From: Macrostomum lignano
Taxonomy: Eukaryota
Reading direction: 5' to 3'
Assembly: GCA_002269645.1 (NCBI GenBank)
Contig: NIVC01000158.1
Coordinates: 186,001-250,000, forward strand
Length of the DNA stretch: 64,000 bases
Shown: positions 1 through 12,242 of the stretch, one piece after another
Layout: each line of letters starts with the position of its first letter
How positions within the stretch are numbered: the stretch's first letter is position 1
Translations under genes and position numbers: made by a program
Notes under the pieces: generated by a model
What the model was told of the DNA's origin: nothing
What the model saw: only the letters and a program-made list of their open reading frames with translations
Databases searched by the model: none

Positions 1-105
1 CCAGATCAGCCCTGCTGCGACGCCGAACTGTTGCGTCATCACGCCAGGTTCCCCGGCCACGATTTCGACAACCTGCCTCTGGTCCGGCTGCTGGAGTCGT
101 CCTGA
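1..105 (+). CDS. Possible 3' end of a coding exon truncated by the window edge (PDQPCCDAELLRHHARFPGHDFDNLPLVRLLESS*)
   Basis: Open frame 1-102 with GC3-rich codons like the other genes, ending in TGA at 103-105; no recognisable domain. Confidence 0.3.
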   Translation, partial: PDQPCCDAELLRHHARFPGHDFDNLPLVRLLESS

Positions 106-1117
106 TTGCAGGGTTTTTTTGGGGAGCATCGAATTCGATCTGAAGCTACAGGCTGCCCTCGGGCGGTTAGCTCCGAGGACCCGGTAGCCGCAGGCCAGAG
201 CGCCTTGGCCAGCGCACGCTTCCGCACTACTTATGACGATCAGTAGTGTATTATTAAACAGTTAGATAAATTTATCGCACGCGTTGTTTCTTGGAAATCG
301 GAATTTGTAAAGTCCTAAATTGATGGTAGATTTCGACTGTATTTTTGACATCTTCGCATGCTTGACTTGGCAGGCGACTTGATCGATTGCAGTCTGGAAA
401 TTTGAATTGGCATTGAATTTCATATTTTCACTGGCGTAGTAAGGTAACTGTCTCTGTTGTTATCCATATTTTTGTACTTGCAATTTCATCTCCGACAAAG
501 TTGAACAGCCCAACTGCTATTTTATACATGTTAAATACTAGCTACAATGATCTCATTTAAGACAAGATTTCATTGCTCCATTCTTATTTGCTAAGACTTC
601 TTCAACTTTTTGCCAGCATTACGCCTACTACCTGCATCTGTTGTTGTAAATTTTTGTAAATTGTTCGCCCAATTACTTGTTATTTTATTTGTTCAGACAC
701 GAATTTCTGCTAATGCAAATATTCAAATTTGTCAGCTTTGCTTTTCTATAGTTGCAAATTTTGTTTGACAGATTAAATAAAATTTTAATGTTTTTTATTG
801 TCGTTTTGTTTGGCGGTTTTTTGTAAAAAATGTGAAGCACTGATTTTACGTTTTTATTTACGAAACGCTCATTATTTGCTTTGACTACTACTTATTAGTA
901 GATTGCAGTAGTTTGATTAGCACATCTTTTGGTCTATTTAACTTTTAGAATGGGCTCTTATGAAGGTAAGTAAATAAAAATTAACAAAAACAATCGTGAT
1001 TTAAAATCCAGGATGAACTCTTTCAAGTGACGCATGCTTGGCAATTGAAGGAAGTGTTAAACAGGCCTTGTCCTTTCTTGAACAGTTTTAAAAAGTACAT
1101 TGACCGTACTTCCCGTG

Positions 1118-1617
1118 CCTCCCAAGTCCTGAAGCTTTACCGACTCAAACCTCCCAAGGCCTGAAGCTTCACCGACTCAAACCTCCCAAGGCCTGAGCTT
1201 CACCGACTCAAACCTCCCAAGGCCTGAGCTTCACCGACTCAAAACCTCCCAAGGCCTGAAGCTTCACCGACTCAAACCTCCCAAGGCCTGAAGCTTCACC
1301 GACTCAAACCTCCCAAGGCCTGAGCTTCACCGACTCAAAACCTCCCAAAGCCTGAAGCTTCACCGACTCAAACCTCCCAAGGCCTGAAGCTTCACCGACT
1401 CAAACCTCCCAAGGCCTGAAGCTTCACCGACTCAAACCTACCAAGGCCTGAGCTTCACCGACTCAAACCTCCCAAGGCCTGAAGCTTCACCGACTCAAAC
1501 CTCCCAAGGCCTGAAGCTTCACCGACTCAAACCTCCCAAGGCCTGAAGCTTCACCGACTCAAACCTCCCAAGGCCTGAAGCTTCACCGACTCAAACCTCC
1601 CAAGGCCTGAAGCTTCA
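1118..1617. repeat. Minisatellite, ~31-32-bp unit AAGGCCTGAAGCTTCACCGACTCAAACCTCCC, ~16 copies
   Basis: Tandem units directly visible. Confidence 0.95.
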
Positions 1618-2100
1618 CTGCCTCCGTCCTCTAAGAACCAAAAGTTCACTAACCTGAGCTAAGAGTCACAAACTAACCACAGTAAAATATGCTTAACTTG
1701 CAATGCTGGCTGTGAATGTGCGAATAACATAATACATGTCCATAATTTATAACAGTATAATTTTGCAGTTCCAATTTTCTCCCGAATAATAACTGACAGC
1801 TTTCGCAATTTGCATCAGCAGTTTATGCATTAATTATTATTGTTTTTGCGCATAAAAATTTCAAGTACGAGATAAATACGTAAAGTGTAGGTCTGCAGGG
1901 GAGAGGTGTCGTACCTGAGAGTTGTATCTTCAAATTCGATCCGTTTGATTGGCTGTAGGGCGAGCGGCACCCAGAAGCAATTGTTTGCAACGGTTTTATA
2001 AGAAATCTCTAATTGACTTTCAGCACACAAGGCCTGCAGTGATACTACCTGGCTAAGCTTTGATTCAAGCTTCAAGCTCTACTCTTTCTCTCTCTCTAAT

Positions 2101-2196
2101 ATGGACTTCCCGTTGGTGCCAGCAAGTCAGTCGGGATTCCTCATCATGCTGGCCGCCGATGACAGCAACAATTTCACGGCCTGCTGCCAGCAGACG
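2101..2196 (+). CDS. KLF4-like: Kruppel-like factor (KLF1/2/4-type), exon 1
   Basis: ATG at 2101, 32 codons (MDFPLVP...CCQQT), then donor GTAAGC at 2197; phase 0 matches exon 2. Confidence 0.75.
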
Positions 2197-2287
2197 GTAA
2201 GCTTTCTGATTTATAAAAAATATTTCTAAGAGACTTTACTGTCTTTTCACATTCTTTCTTGGAACAACCTTTCTCGTGATTCTCCTA

Positions 2288-2590
2288 TAGGGAAATCCTT
2301 TTGGGGATTCCCCTTTAAGGAAATCCTTTTGGGGGATTCTCCTTTAGGAAAATCCTTTTGGGGGATTCTCATTTAGGGAAATTCTTTTGAGGGATTCCCC
2401 TTTAGGGAAATCCTCTTGGGGATTCTCCTTTAGGGAAATCCTTTTGGGGGATTCTCATTTAGGGAAATTCTTTTGAGGGATTCCCCTTTAGGGAAATCCT
2501 TTTGGGGATTCCCTTTAAGGAAATCCTTTTGGGGGATTCTCCTTTAAGAAAATCAACTGCAGGGATACTCTTTTAGGGGAATCCTTGATA
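2288..2590. repeat. Degenerate ~28-30-bp quasi-palindromic minisatellite (TTTAGGGAAATCCTTTTGGGGGATTCYCC) in the KLF intron
   Basis: Tandem units visible; GGGAAATCC/GGATTCCC arms are near reverse complements. Confidence 0.85.
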
Positions 2591-2727
2591 GGGTTCTATT
2601 CTGAAGTAATTTATTTTAGTTCTTTTGTAAAAATCTAAGACGGGATTCAATCTACAGTTAGGAAGATTATTTTTGAACTAAAGTTATTTTTGAACTTTTG
2701 AACTAGCAAGGGAATTAGTTTTTGCAG

Positions 2728-3381
2728 ATAGATAACTGGACCTTGCAGTCACAACAGGCCGACCCGCTGCCTCCATTGGCCGAAATGGGCGGCAGCAGCT
2801 GCATTCCCTACGCCACCGAGGAGCTGGAGAGCTCGGAGCCGCGTCTTGATCTCGATTTTATTATCGACCACTTGCCGACGTCGACGGAGCCACTGGCGAC
2901 GCATCAGCCAGCATCAACTGTCGACTCAACCGGACTGCAGTGCATCCTGCACTACCTGCAGGGCGCTATCAGCGACTCGACGCCGGCGCCAACTCCGGCG
3001 CAGGCACCGACATTGCCAGCAAAAACGTCCGAGAGCGTGTCGAAAAGTGGACAACGACGACAGTCGATCGCTTCGACGACGACGGCCGTCGCCGCTCTGT
3101 ACGCTGCACCAGGCGCCGTGCACGCTTGCCCGCTGAAGGGCTGCGACAAGGCCTACAGCAAGAGCTCCCACCTGAAAGCTCACCTTCGAGCTCACACTGG
3201 GGAAAAGCCGTACAGATGCGACTGGCCCGGCTGTGACTGGCGATTCTCCAGGTCGGACGAGCTGACCAGGCACCGTCTGAAGCACACCGGCCTGAGGCCC
3301 TACCGCTGCCAGCTGTGCCAGCGGGCTTTCAGCCGCTCCGATCATCTGGCGCTGCATTTGCGGAAGCACAAGCAGATCTGA
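2728..3381 (+). CDS. KLF4-like: Kruppel-like factor (KLF1/2/4-type), exon 2 with three C-terminal C2H2 zinc fingers; spliced protein ~249 aa
   Basis: Acceptor TTTTGCAG ending 2727; fingers with [14 protein letters not shown] linker, RSDELTRH and [12 protein letters not shown] (KLF signature); LDLDFI motif as in KLF1/2/4. Confidence 0.92.
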   Translation: MDNWTLQSQQADPLPPLAEMGGSSCIPYATEELESSEPRLDLDFIIDHLPTSTEPLATHQPASTVDSTGLQCILHYLQGAISDSTPAPTPAQAPTLPAKTSESVSKSGQRRQSIASTTTAVAALYAAPGAVHACPLKGCDKAYSKSSHLKAHLRAHTGEKPYRCDWPGCDWRFSRSDELTRHRLKHTGLRPYRCQLCQRAFSRSDHLALHLRKHKQI

Positions 3382-3580
3382 TTGATTGTCTATGGTCGAG
3401 AGACAGGCTTATATTGCACACAACTGTCGTGATTGTCTATGGCCCAAAGATATGCTTACAAATTTTATGCCATGATTGTTTATAACCCAAAGATATGCTT
3501 ACACATATTATGTTATGATTGTCTATGGCCCAGAGATATGCTTACACATTATTTCATGATTGTTTATGGCCTAGAGACAG
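3379..3580. repeat. Degenerate ~42-bp tandem repeat (TGATTGTYTATGGCCC..AGATATGCTTAC) starting at the KLF stop codon
   Basis: About 5 imperfect units visible. Confidence 0.7.
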
Positions 3581-3747
3581 GCTTTAATCCCGCAGTAGTA
3601 GCTAGGTCTATGACATTTTCTGTCATTTTTAATTTCGAAAATAAAATTACCAACCACTTTTATCGTTCGTCACTCTTTACATTCTGTGTCGCTCGGGTAG
3701 TAAGCGAACATCACCGCGTAAGTACTAGGGAATGCTGATTTTAACCT

Positions 3748-4669
3748 AGGGAATGGTGCTTGACTGGGTGCTGCGGACTGCTCTTCCTACCGACGACGAC
3801 GGCTTTCTGCTGCGGCGACGCGTGGGTCGACGTCAACCGGAGAAGCGGCTCAGCGTGCTTGGCTACGCCGACGACCTCGCCCTGCTGTCCTCGACCGTCG
3901 AGGGTGCCCAACGGCAGCTGGACAGGCTAGTTGCCGTTGCGGCGAGCGTCGGCCTGGTGGTCAACACGCAGAAGACCGTTGTGCTCTGCGTGCCGGACGA
4001 CATCGAGGCTGCAATATTCTGCCGAGGCGCTGACAGGCAGGCGACCGAGCTCCCGCGATGTCAGCAGTTCGTCTACCTCGGCGGTCTGGTTCCAGACGCT
4101 CGCGAGGACCTCCGACGCTGCTGCGGGCTTGCCTGGGCTGCCTTTCGTTCTGTGAGGGCAGTCCTGCAGTCCGAGGCCCTACCGGACCGCCAGAGGGCGG
4201 CGCTGTTCCAGGCGGTAATCGAGACCGTCCTGCTCTACAACGCCGAGACCTGGACGCTGACGGACTCACTCGAACAGCAAGTCGATGCGGCGCATGCTGG
4301 CCTGCTGCGCGCCGCCTTCAACATCGGCGTCGAGCGAGTCAACAACGCGGCACTCTATCGCCGCGCTGGCCTGCCACGTCCAAGCGATCTACTGTGCCGT
4401 CGGCGACTCCAGCTCGCAGGCCATCTCATCCGCGCCGAGTCGTACTGCCCACAGCCGGTGCAGGAGGTGCTGCTGCTCACGCTGCAGGCACCCTACCGGC
4501 GAGGTCAAGCGCGAACTCGGCGTTACGTCGACTGTCTGCTGGCTGACGCCGGCGCCCCGGACACTGCCGGTGGCGCAGCCTTTGTTCGCGCCCAAGCCAT
4601 GAAGCGCGCCCTGTGACGCTGACTTTTGCCATCCTGACAGCGTATTTTCTATTTTGATGTTGTTGTTGT
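3748..4669 (+). mobile_element. 5'-truncated non-LTR retrotransposon (RTE-like LINE): C-terminal part of the reverse transcriptase, short 3' UTR and (TGT)n tail
   Basis: ORF 3753-4616 with YADD motif, GLVVNTQKT, FVYLG, LLYNAETWTLT typical of LINE RT C-terminus; identical 12-bp TSD TGATTTTAACCT at 3736-3747 and 4670-4681. Confidence 0.9.
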
Positions 4670-4680
4670 TGATTTTAACC

Positions 4681-5006
4681 TCACCGTCTCATCATCTCAC
4701 CATCTCATCATCTCACCATCTCATCATCTCATCATCTCATCATCTCACCATCTCATCATCTCACCATCTCATCATCTTACTATCTCATCATCTCATCATC
4801 TCACCATCTCATCATCTCACCATCTCATCATCTCATCATCTCCCTATCTCATCATCTCACCATCTCATCATCTCACCATCTCACTATCTCACCATCTCAT
4901 CATCTCACCATCTCACTATCTCACCATCTCATCATCTCTCCATCTCATCATCTCACCATCTCATCATCTCACCATCTCATCATCTCACCATCTCATCAGC
5001 TCACTA
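4681..5006. repeat. Degenerate minisatellite of TCATC/TCACCATC units
   Basis: Directly visible; abuts the 3' TSD of the LINE. Confidence 0.9.
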
Positions 5007-5605
5007 TCTCAGCGAGTTAAGAACTCATTATCACTTCTTGATTGTAGGTGAAATTTCAGCCACTGCAGCTCAGTCCCTTTCAATTTCACCTGGAGAATCG
5101 TTCGCAAACAGATTCTTATATTATGATTTCCAATTAAAATATTCGTTGCCTTTGAATTGAGCTTTGGAAAATCCATTTTATTGTCAGATCTTGAATAGCA
5201 TGCTGAAGCCTTCAAGACAATACAGATAATTCACACTTGAATTGATTAATCTGGCATTGAGTCCTGCGGACAAAGGTGACTAAGATGATAATTTCATAGA
5301 AAATCCGGCTTGGACCATGGCTGACGCTTGCTTAATTTGCCCGCACACGCCACTCTGGGGTGTGAGTCGGCATAGGGTCTGGGAGCCCGCGGATATTTTT
5401 CTCAGGATTGACATCGGGATTAGTGGATGGGAAATTTTCTTTGCTTCTGGAGGGATTACGTCTGCGGTGGGGGGGGGCGAAGTAATGAATTAGATTTATT
5501 CCGAAATAACAATTTCTTGGCCGTTAAAAATTGTCTTTGCTTGTTTTTCTGTTTCTGTTGCTATCTAGGGTTGGTCGATGGTCCGGATGCGCAGCTTTGG
5601 CACAT

Positions 5606-5836
5606 TATAATAAGCGCGCAAGCGCGCAGTGTCATAAGTGCGCAGTGTCATAAGCGCAGTGTCATCAGCGCATTGTCATAAGCGCGCAGTGTCATAAGCG
5701 CAGTGTCATAAGCGCAGTGTCATAAGCGCATTGTCATAAGCGCGCAGTGTCATAAGCGCAGTGTCATAAGTGCGCAGTGTCATAAGTGCGCAGTGTCATA
5801 AGTGCGCAGTGTCATAAGCGCGCAGTATCATAAGCG
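5606..5836. repeat. Minisatellite, 14-16-bp unit GTCATAAGCGC(GC)AGT
   Basis: Tandem units visible. Confidence 0.9.
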
Positions 5837-6311
5837 CCTATTTGGGTGCCAATACAAAATCTAAACGCCATGGCAGGACGAGACCCGATCTAAAAATAAC
5901 GAAAAGTTATTGTCTTTCTACTTTCAGTAGCACACCGAGGGTATGCCTCCATACGGCAGACTCCTTATCAGCAAGGCAAACTGCCTACTATAAATCACCA
6001 TTAGGCTTTTTGTCAAACTCCGCTATTCCGTATCATAATTTCGGCCAAAAATATTGATTGCTAAGCCCTGCTAACCGGGAGGGTCTCGATACGGTGGGCA
6101 AACATTAATTGCGGAACTGTAAAGACTGCCGGGGGGGGGGGCTGAAACGAAGCGAGCGTCCTCTCTGCTCGAGAGACAGAGATCGAGCTCTCCATATTAA
6201 TGCTGGGCTTCGGCATTATTGCTGATTCTTATCAGCTAAAATTAAGAGACGACCGCGCGAAGTTCGACCAGGACAGCTAAATTATAAGGATTATAATTAT
6301 AAGTGTTTGGA

Positions 6312-6385
6312 GGGCCGTAGCCCAGTGGTCTGGCGCGGCGCTCTGATGTGCCAGCGGCCCAGGCTCGATTCCCAGTGCAGTCGCA
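6312..6385 (+). mobile_element. tRNA-derived SINE head or tRNA pseudogene
   Basis: Pol III A-box TAGCCCAGTGG at 6318-6328 and near-consensus B-box GGCTCGATTCC at 6362-6372 with tRNA-like spacing; acceptor and anticodon stems do not pair properly. Confidence 0.45.
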
Positions 6386-7808
6386 TTAATTTTTGCGGCT
6401 AAATTGGAATCTCGGCTTGGCTCTGCTCGTGCAATTAACGGCCAGCTTGAGGGCCAACCCCCAAGGCACAGTGAAGTGTACATGCCTAACGATAAATAAA
6501 GTTAGGGCCGCTGTGCACTCCTGTGTGAGTGTGTGCCTGCGTACGTATCCGCGCGCTTGTATGCCTGCTCAGGGGAGTCGGCGGAATGGGCAGCAATGCC
6601 TCTCGCCGGTTGTGTGACAATGTCGCTTAAAGTGAACCAGGGTGCACACAACCCCTTTCTTAAAATATAAGATCTCTGTAGTGTATTTTTCTTAGTGCAC
6701 TTCTTCTAGACCTCTAGATCTCTAGACTTCTAGACCGAGAGTTTCTATGGCGAAACCCCTTTCACAGCACTTTTTAATGAGTTATCTAACTTGTCCGGAC
6801 AAAACCAAGAAATTCGTAAGTCTATGCAGAAACTGAGACATTCTGTCAGCTTGTCTGTAAGCCGGTCCTTCCCCAGCCCTCCGAAGGTCTACCTTGCTTA
6901 GACTCAACCGCAGGAACACCAGGGTGGTAACCATGGGCTTCTCAGGCCATGGTTGTTTCGCCAGGAATCGGTTGCCTTCACGGAAAAATCCACAGTGAGG
7001 AATCTACTCAGCTTACCTAAGGGCTACCGGGCGAGCGACAATCCACCTACTAGCTGGACTCCCGGGTCACATTCAGAACCAGAGAGTTCCTGCCGCCAAG
7101 TCAAGTAAGCCAAGAAGAAGAGTGTTATAGAGTCCTTTTACTTTAGCTGTCCATGATTTCGAATTTGGCATTCGGAATAGGCAACTGAGAGTACGAGCTT
7201 ACATAGTTTTATTGCTCTCGTCGACTAACTGTTTCTCTTGCTTCAAAGCATGATTTTTTATGAAAGTCAAGTCTACCGCTTGGCGGTTCGCCATTCTGCA
7301 TCAAATTTCTCCATCAAAATATATATATAGCCAATAGCATCGTTTTCAACATTGATTCCAATGCAACCCTGTGGGACTGCTTTAATGGCATTGTATGGGT
7401 TCCCCTGCTATCTGTATAGCTGGGGACTTCGAAAGTAGGGGGGGGGGGGGGGGGGTTAGTGGATTCAGAATCTATCCATCTATCTGCACAGAGATAGATT
7501 TATGTGTATATATGAAAGCAGAAGCGAACAAGGAATCCTCCAAGATATGCCCCTCTCCTAGGGGGGAGGTTGGGGTTCGTTACCTCGCCCATTGGGGCCG
7601 AAGTGCAGGAGAAGATCTGTGCAGAGCAGTTTGTTTTGACAAGAAGAAGAGACAGGCAGGCAGGGATGACAGAAATCAGTTGGGCACTTCTCTTTGTTGC
7701 AGAGCCTCTCTAACTACCCCCGCCCGCCTTCTGTCACCAAGGCCGCGGTCAAGGAGAACTGCAGGATGGACGGGGATTTGGAGTGCCTGATTTTCCTTTC
7801 AAACCGTC

Positions 7809-7833
7809 GTTAGTTAGTCAGTTAGTTAGTTAT

Positions 7834-7910
<77 letters not shown>
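7809..7910. repeat. (TTAG)n microsatellite
   Basis: Directly visible. Confidence 0.95.
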
Positions 7911-8529
7911 CGAATGGCCGCGCACCGAATCGAACTCGGGTTCTGTATTACTCAGACACTGATGTCTGAGGCTGAGAGTTTAAAGGAAGATTTGCTCTCC
8001 GGATTGTGGCTTCAGCTCTCCTTATCGGAGCCCCCGCCACCGCCTGCGCATGATGCACGGTCATCTGTTGCAGACTCCCCCCCCATCATATTGTTTTGCT
8101 TCTTCTCCAAGCGCGATGACGGACAGGTTCTTAGCCTTCTTTCTGGCTGGCGGCAAAAATTTATGGGGCTAATTCGGCCGGGTTTCTTCTTGGCCAAGTC
8201 TGGGTAGGTGTTGGGGGGGGGGATCACAGAGCCCGAACAGCTGCGCCCGGTTCATGACCGGCGACTGGGCGAGAAACGAGGCGAAAAATCCGAGCTGAGA
8301 AATTTGACCCAGTCTGCTTTCATGGGTCAGGGCCAAGACATTGAGATTGCCGGCCGGTCCAGGCTGGGTTGCCTGGAAGAAATAATTATGACTGCTGTCT
8401 TTAACAATAATGTTATTCTAATATGGCAGCAAGCTTTTTTATAGGTGAGATTACATTGACTTGATTGATTTTTACAGAGTACATGTAGATCAATTTAAAG
8501 TTGTGCGAATAACTGAATAACTGCAGTGC

Positions 8530-8926
8530 GTGAGAGTAGATTAACTTCAGTGTGAGAGTAGATTAACTTCAGTGTGAGAGTAGATTAACTTCAGTGTGAG
8601 AGTAGATTAACTTCAGTGTGAGAGTAGATTAACTTCAGTGTGAGAGTAGATTAACTTCAGTGTGAGAGTAGATTAACTTCAGTGTGAGAGTAGATTAACT
8701 TCAGTGTGAGAGTAGATTAACTTCAGTGTGAGAGTAGATTAACTTCAGTGTGAGAGTAGATTAACTTCAGTGTGAGAGTAGATTAACTTCAGTGTGAGAG
8801 TAGATTAACTTCAGTGTGAGAGTAGATTAACTTCAGTGTGAGAGTAGATTAACTTCAGTGTGAGAGTAGATTAACTTCAGTGTGAGAGTAGATTAACTTC
8901 AGTGTGAGAGTAGATTAACTTCAGTG
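8530..8926. repeat. Perfect 22-bp minisatellite GTGAGAGTAGATTAACTTCAGT, ~18 copies
   Basis: Directly visible, no variant units seen. Confidence 0.97.
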
Positions 8927-9686
8927 CAACGTCCATAAAAACGTGAAGGACAAGAGAGACCAGGTTGCACAGAAACGCTGCTAAACGCTTCTCTCGCACA
9001 AGTCTCAATTAAACATAACAGAATGCAGGATTGCAGGTACAGCACTGGAGAGCAGAGCAGAGCTGCAGGGACCTGACAGAAGAAGAGATTAATTAGTGAC
9101 TGAGAAGAACAGCCCAGCTTCCTACACTAGGAGCCTCTCAGAAATGATCGCGAGTTGAGAGCTTTCTTAAGCTGAAAATTGTCGTCATTGTTACAGGGGG
9201 GGGGGGCAACATGGCTCCATCATCATCTTTATTCTGGCTTGTCCCCCAAGAGCACAATGAGTTTTATCTTGTAAGAAGGTGGAAAAGATAGAAGGCGCCT
9301 GATGCAGCGGCAGTACAGGAGACGCCACCTGAATCTGTGCCAAGCCTCATCTAGCGACGCAAATTCCCTTTTGTTAGGGAGTTAAATCGGGACTGGGTGG
9401 GACGCAGCGTCAAAGCAATGATGGTGCAGTGCAGTTTCTGCAGCATGGGGACTTCCGGCGCTGCGCTGCTCTGTTCCCCTTGGTATCCCAGCTTGACTCC
9501 CTCATCATCTGCCTGCGGCTGCCTTAGTCTGCTTCCCGTGCTCACAGCTGCATTGTGGGTCTCTGCGCCTGACTTTTTTCTGCTGCTCCTTTCTCTTCTT
9601 CTGTGGTCATTTCTTCTCGGCTGCTGTCCCCTCAGATACTCAATCTTCATCATGTTCTAGCTCGTATCAGCATCTCCGGTCATGAA

Positions 9687-10296
<610 letters not shown>

Positions 10297-10928
10297 GCAG
10301 CCAGACAGCCCGCAATCCCCACCCCACCCCGAGAATATTCCAGCCAGAAAAAGCATAAGTTTTAATGCAATTTCGCGACTCAAGAGTGGGGATGATAGTC
10401 CCAAGCTCCCACCCATTTATCCCTCTATCACTTCACTTTAATGGCTAGTTTTCAGACCCCTGGCACCATCAAGGACCCGCGGAGCAGGATGGGGTTGAGG
10501 ATCGACACTGATGCAGAACATCTGCCATGTGGGGGGAAAACTGTTGCCCAGAGACAGAAATTCCCCCATTGCTTTACTGTCATAGTTTTTCTGCTTTTAG
10601 CCATGAATAGCGGCAGACTTGCGGCCTGTGTCTCCGACTGAGGATGGGACGGTGCTGCAGCGTGGGGAGGCGGTCTTTAGTGAGATGGGGAATAATATTC
10701 AGGGACAAAAATATGGCATTAATAACCAGAATATTACCTATCAGCTATCATTGCCTGTGTGCTTATTATAGCAATACACTTGGATGAGTAATTGTCGCTG
10801 AATGCGATAATTCACTTCTCTGTTATTCCAGATGACCAAATAAAGAAGTGCATAGCAAAATTAAAAACACTTCTGCCATTGGTTATGTTGCATCAATATG
10901 ACAGGCCAGACTTTTCGTGGTCCACTTA

Positions 10929-12242
10929 AGATCCCCTCTCTCAAGATCCCCTCTCTCAAGATCCCCTCTCTCAAGATCTCCTCTCTCAAGATCTCCTCTC
11001 TCAAGATCCTCTCTCTCAAGATCCCTCTCTCTCAAGATCCTCTCTCTCAAGATCCTCTCTCTCAAGATCCCCTCTCTCTCAAGATCCATTCTCTCTCAAG
11101 ATCCCTTCTCTCTCAAGATCCTCTCTCTCAAGACCCCCTCTCTCTATAGATCCTCTCTCTCAAGATCCCCTCTCTCTCAAGATCCCCTCTCTCTCAAGAC
11201 CCCCTCTCTCTCAAGATCCTCTCTCTCAACATCCCCTCTCTCAAGACCCCCTCTCTCTCAAGATCCCCTCTCTCAAGACCCCCTCTCTCTCAAGATCCCC
11301 TCTCTCAAGATCCCTCTCTCTCAAGATCCCCTCTCTCTCAAGACCCCCTCTCTCTCAAGATCCCCTCTCTCAAGATCCCTCTCTCTCAAGATCCCCTCTC
11401 TCTCAAGACCCCCTCTCTCTCAAGATCCTCTCTCTCAAGATCCCTTCTCTCTCAAGATCCCCTCTCTCTCAAGGTCCCCTCTCTCTCAAGATCTCCTCTC
11501 TCAAGACCCCCTCTCTCTCAAGATTCTCTCTCTCAAGATCCCTCTCTCTCAAGATCCCCTCTCTCTCAAGACCCCCTCTCTCTCAAGATTCTCTCTCTCA
11601 AGATCCTCTCTCTCAAGGTCCCCTCTCTCTCAAGATCTCCTCTCTCAAGACCCCCTCTCTCTCAAGATCTCCTCTCTCAAGACCCCCTCTCTCTCAAGAT
11701 TCTCTCTCTCAAGATCCCTCTCTCTCAATATCCCCTCTCTCTCAAGACCCCCTCTCTCTCAAGATTCTCTCTCTCAAGATCCTCTCTCTCAAGATCCCCT
11801 CTCTCTCAAGATCCTCTCTCTCAAGATCCTCTCTCTCAAGATCCCCTCTCTCTCAAGATCCCCTCTCTCTCAAGATCCTCTCTCTCAAGATCCCTCTCTC
11901 TCAAGATCCCCTCTCTTTCAAGATCCCCTCTCTCTCAAGATTCTCCCTCAAGATCCCCTCTCTCTCAAGATCCCCTCTCTCTCAAGACCCCCTCTCTCTC
12001 AAGATTCTCTCTCTCTCAAGATCCTCTCTCTCAAGATCCCCTCTCTCTCAAGATCCTCTCTCTCAAGATCCTCTCTCTCAAGATCCTCTCTCTCAAGATC
12101 CCCTCTCTCTCAAGATCCATTCTCTCTCAAGATCCCTTCTCTCTCAAGATCCCTCTCTCTTAAGATCCCCTCTCTCAAGACCCCCTCTCTCTCAAGACCC
12201 CCTCTCTCTCAAGACCCCCTCTCTCTCAAGATCCCCTCTCTC
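10929..12242. repeat. Minisatellite, 15-19-bp variable unit (TC)nAAGAYCCCC
   Basis: Directly visible. Confidence 0.95.

Noticed and set aside
2288-2590. TTTAGGG (plant-type telomere) motifs; also the (TTAG)n tracts
   Set aside because: Single motifs inside a larger unit, not tandem telomeric repeats; TTAG is not TTAGGG
6900-7120. Possible 3' remnant of a LINE/SINE ending GCCAAGAAGAAG, with an AACCATGG/CCATGGTT hairpin
   Set aside because: No ORF or TSD found, so it cannot be supported without a repeat-library search
8530-8926. Regular 22-33-bp repeats superficially resembling CRISPR arrays
   Set aside because: Head-to-tail repeats with no unique spacers, no cas genes, eukaryotic context
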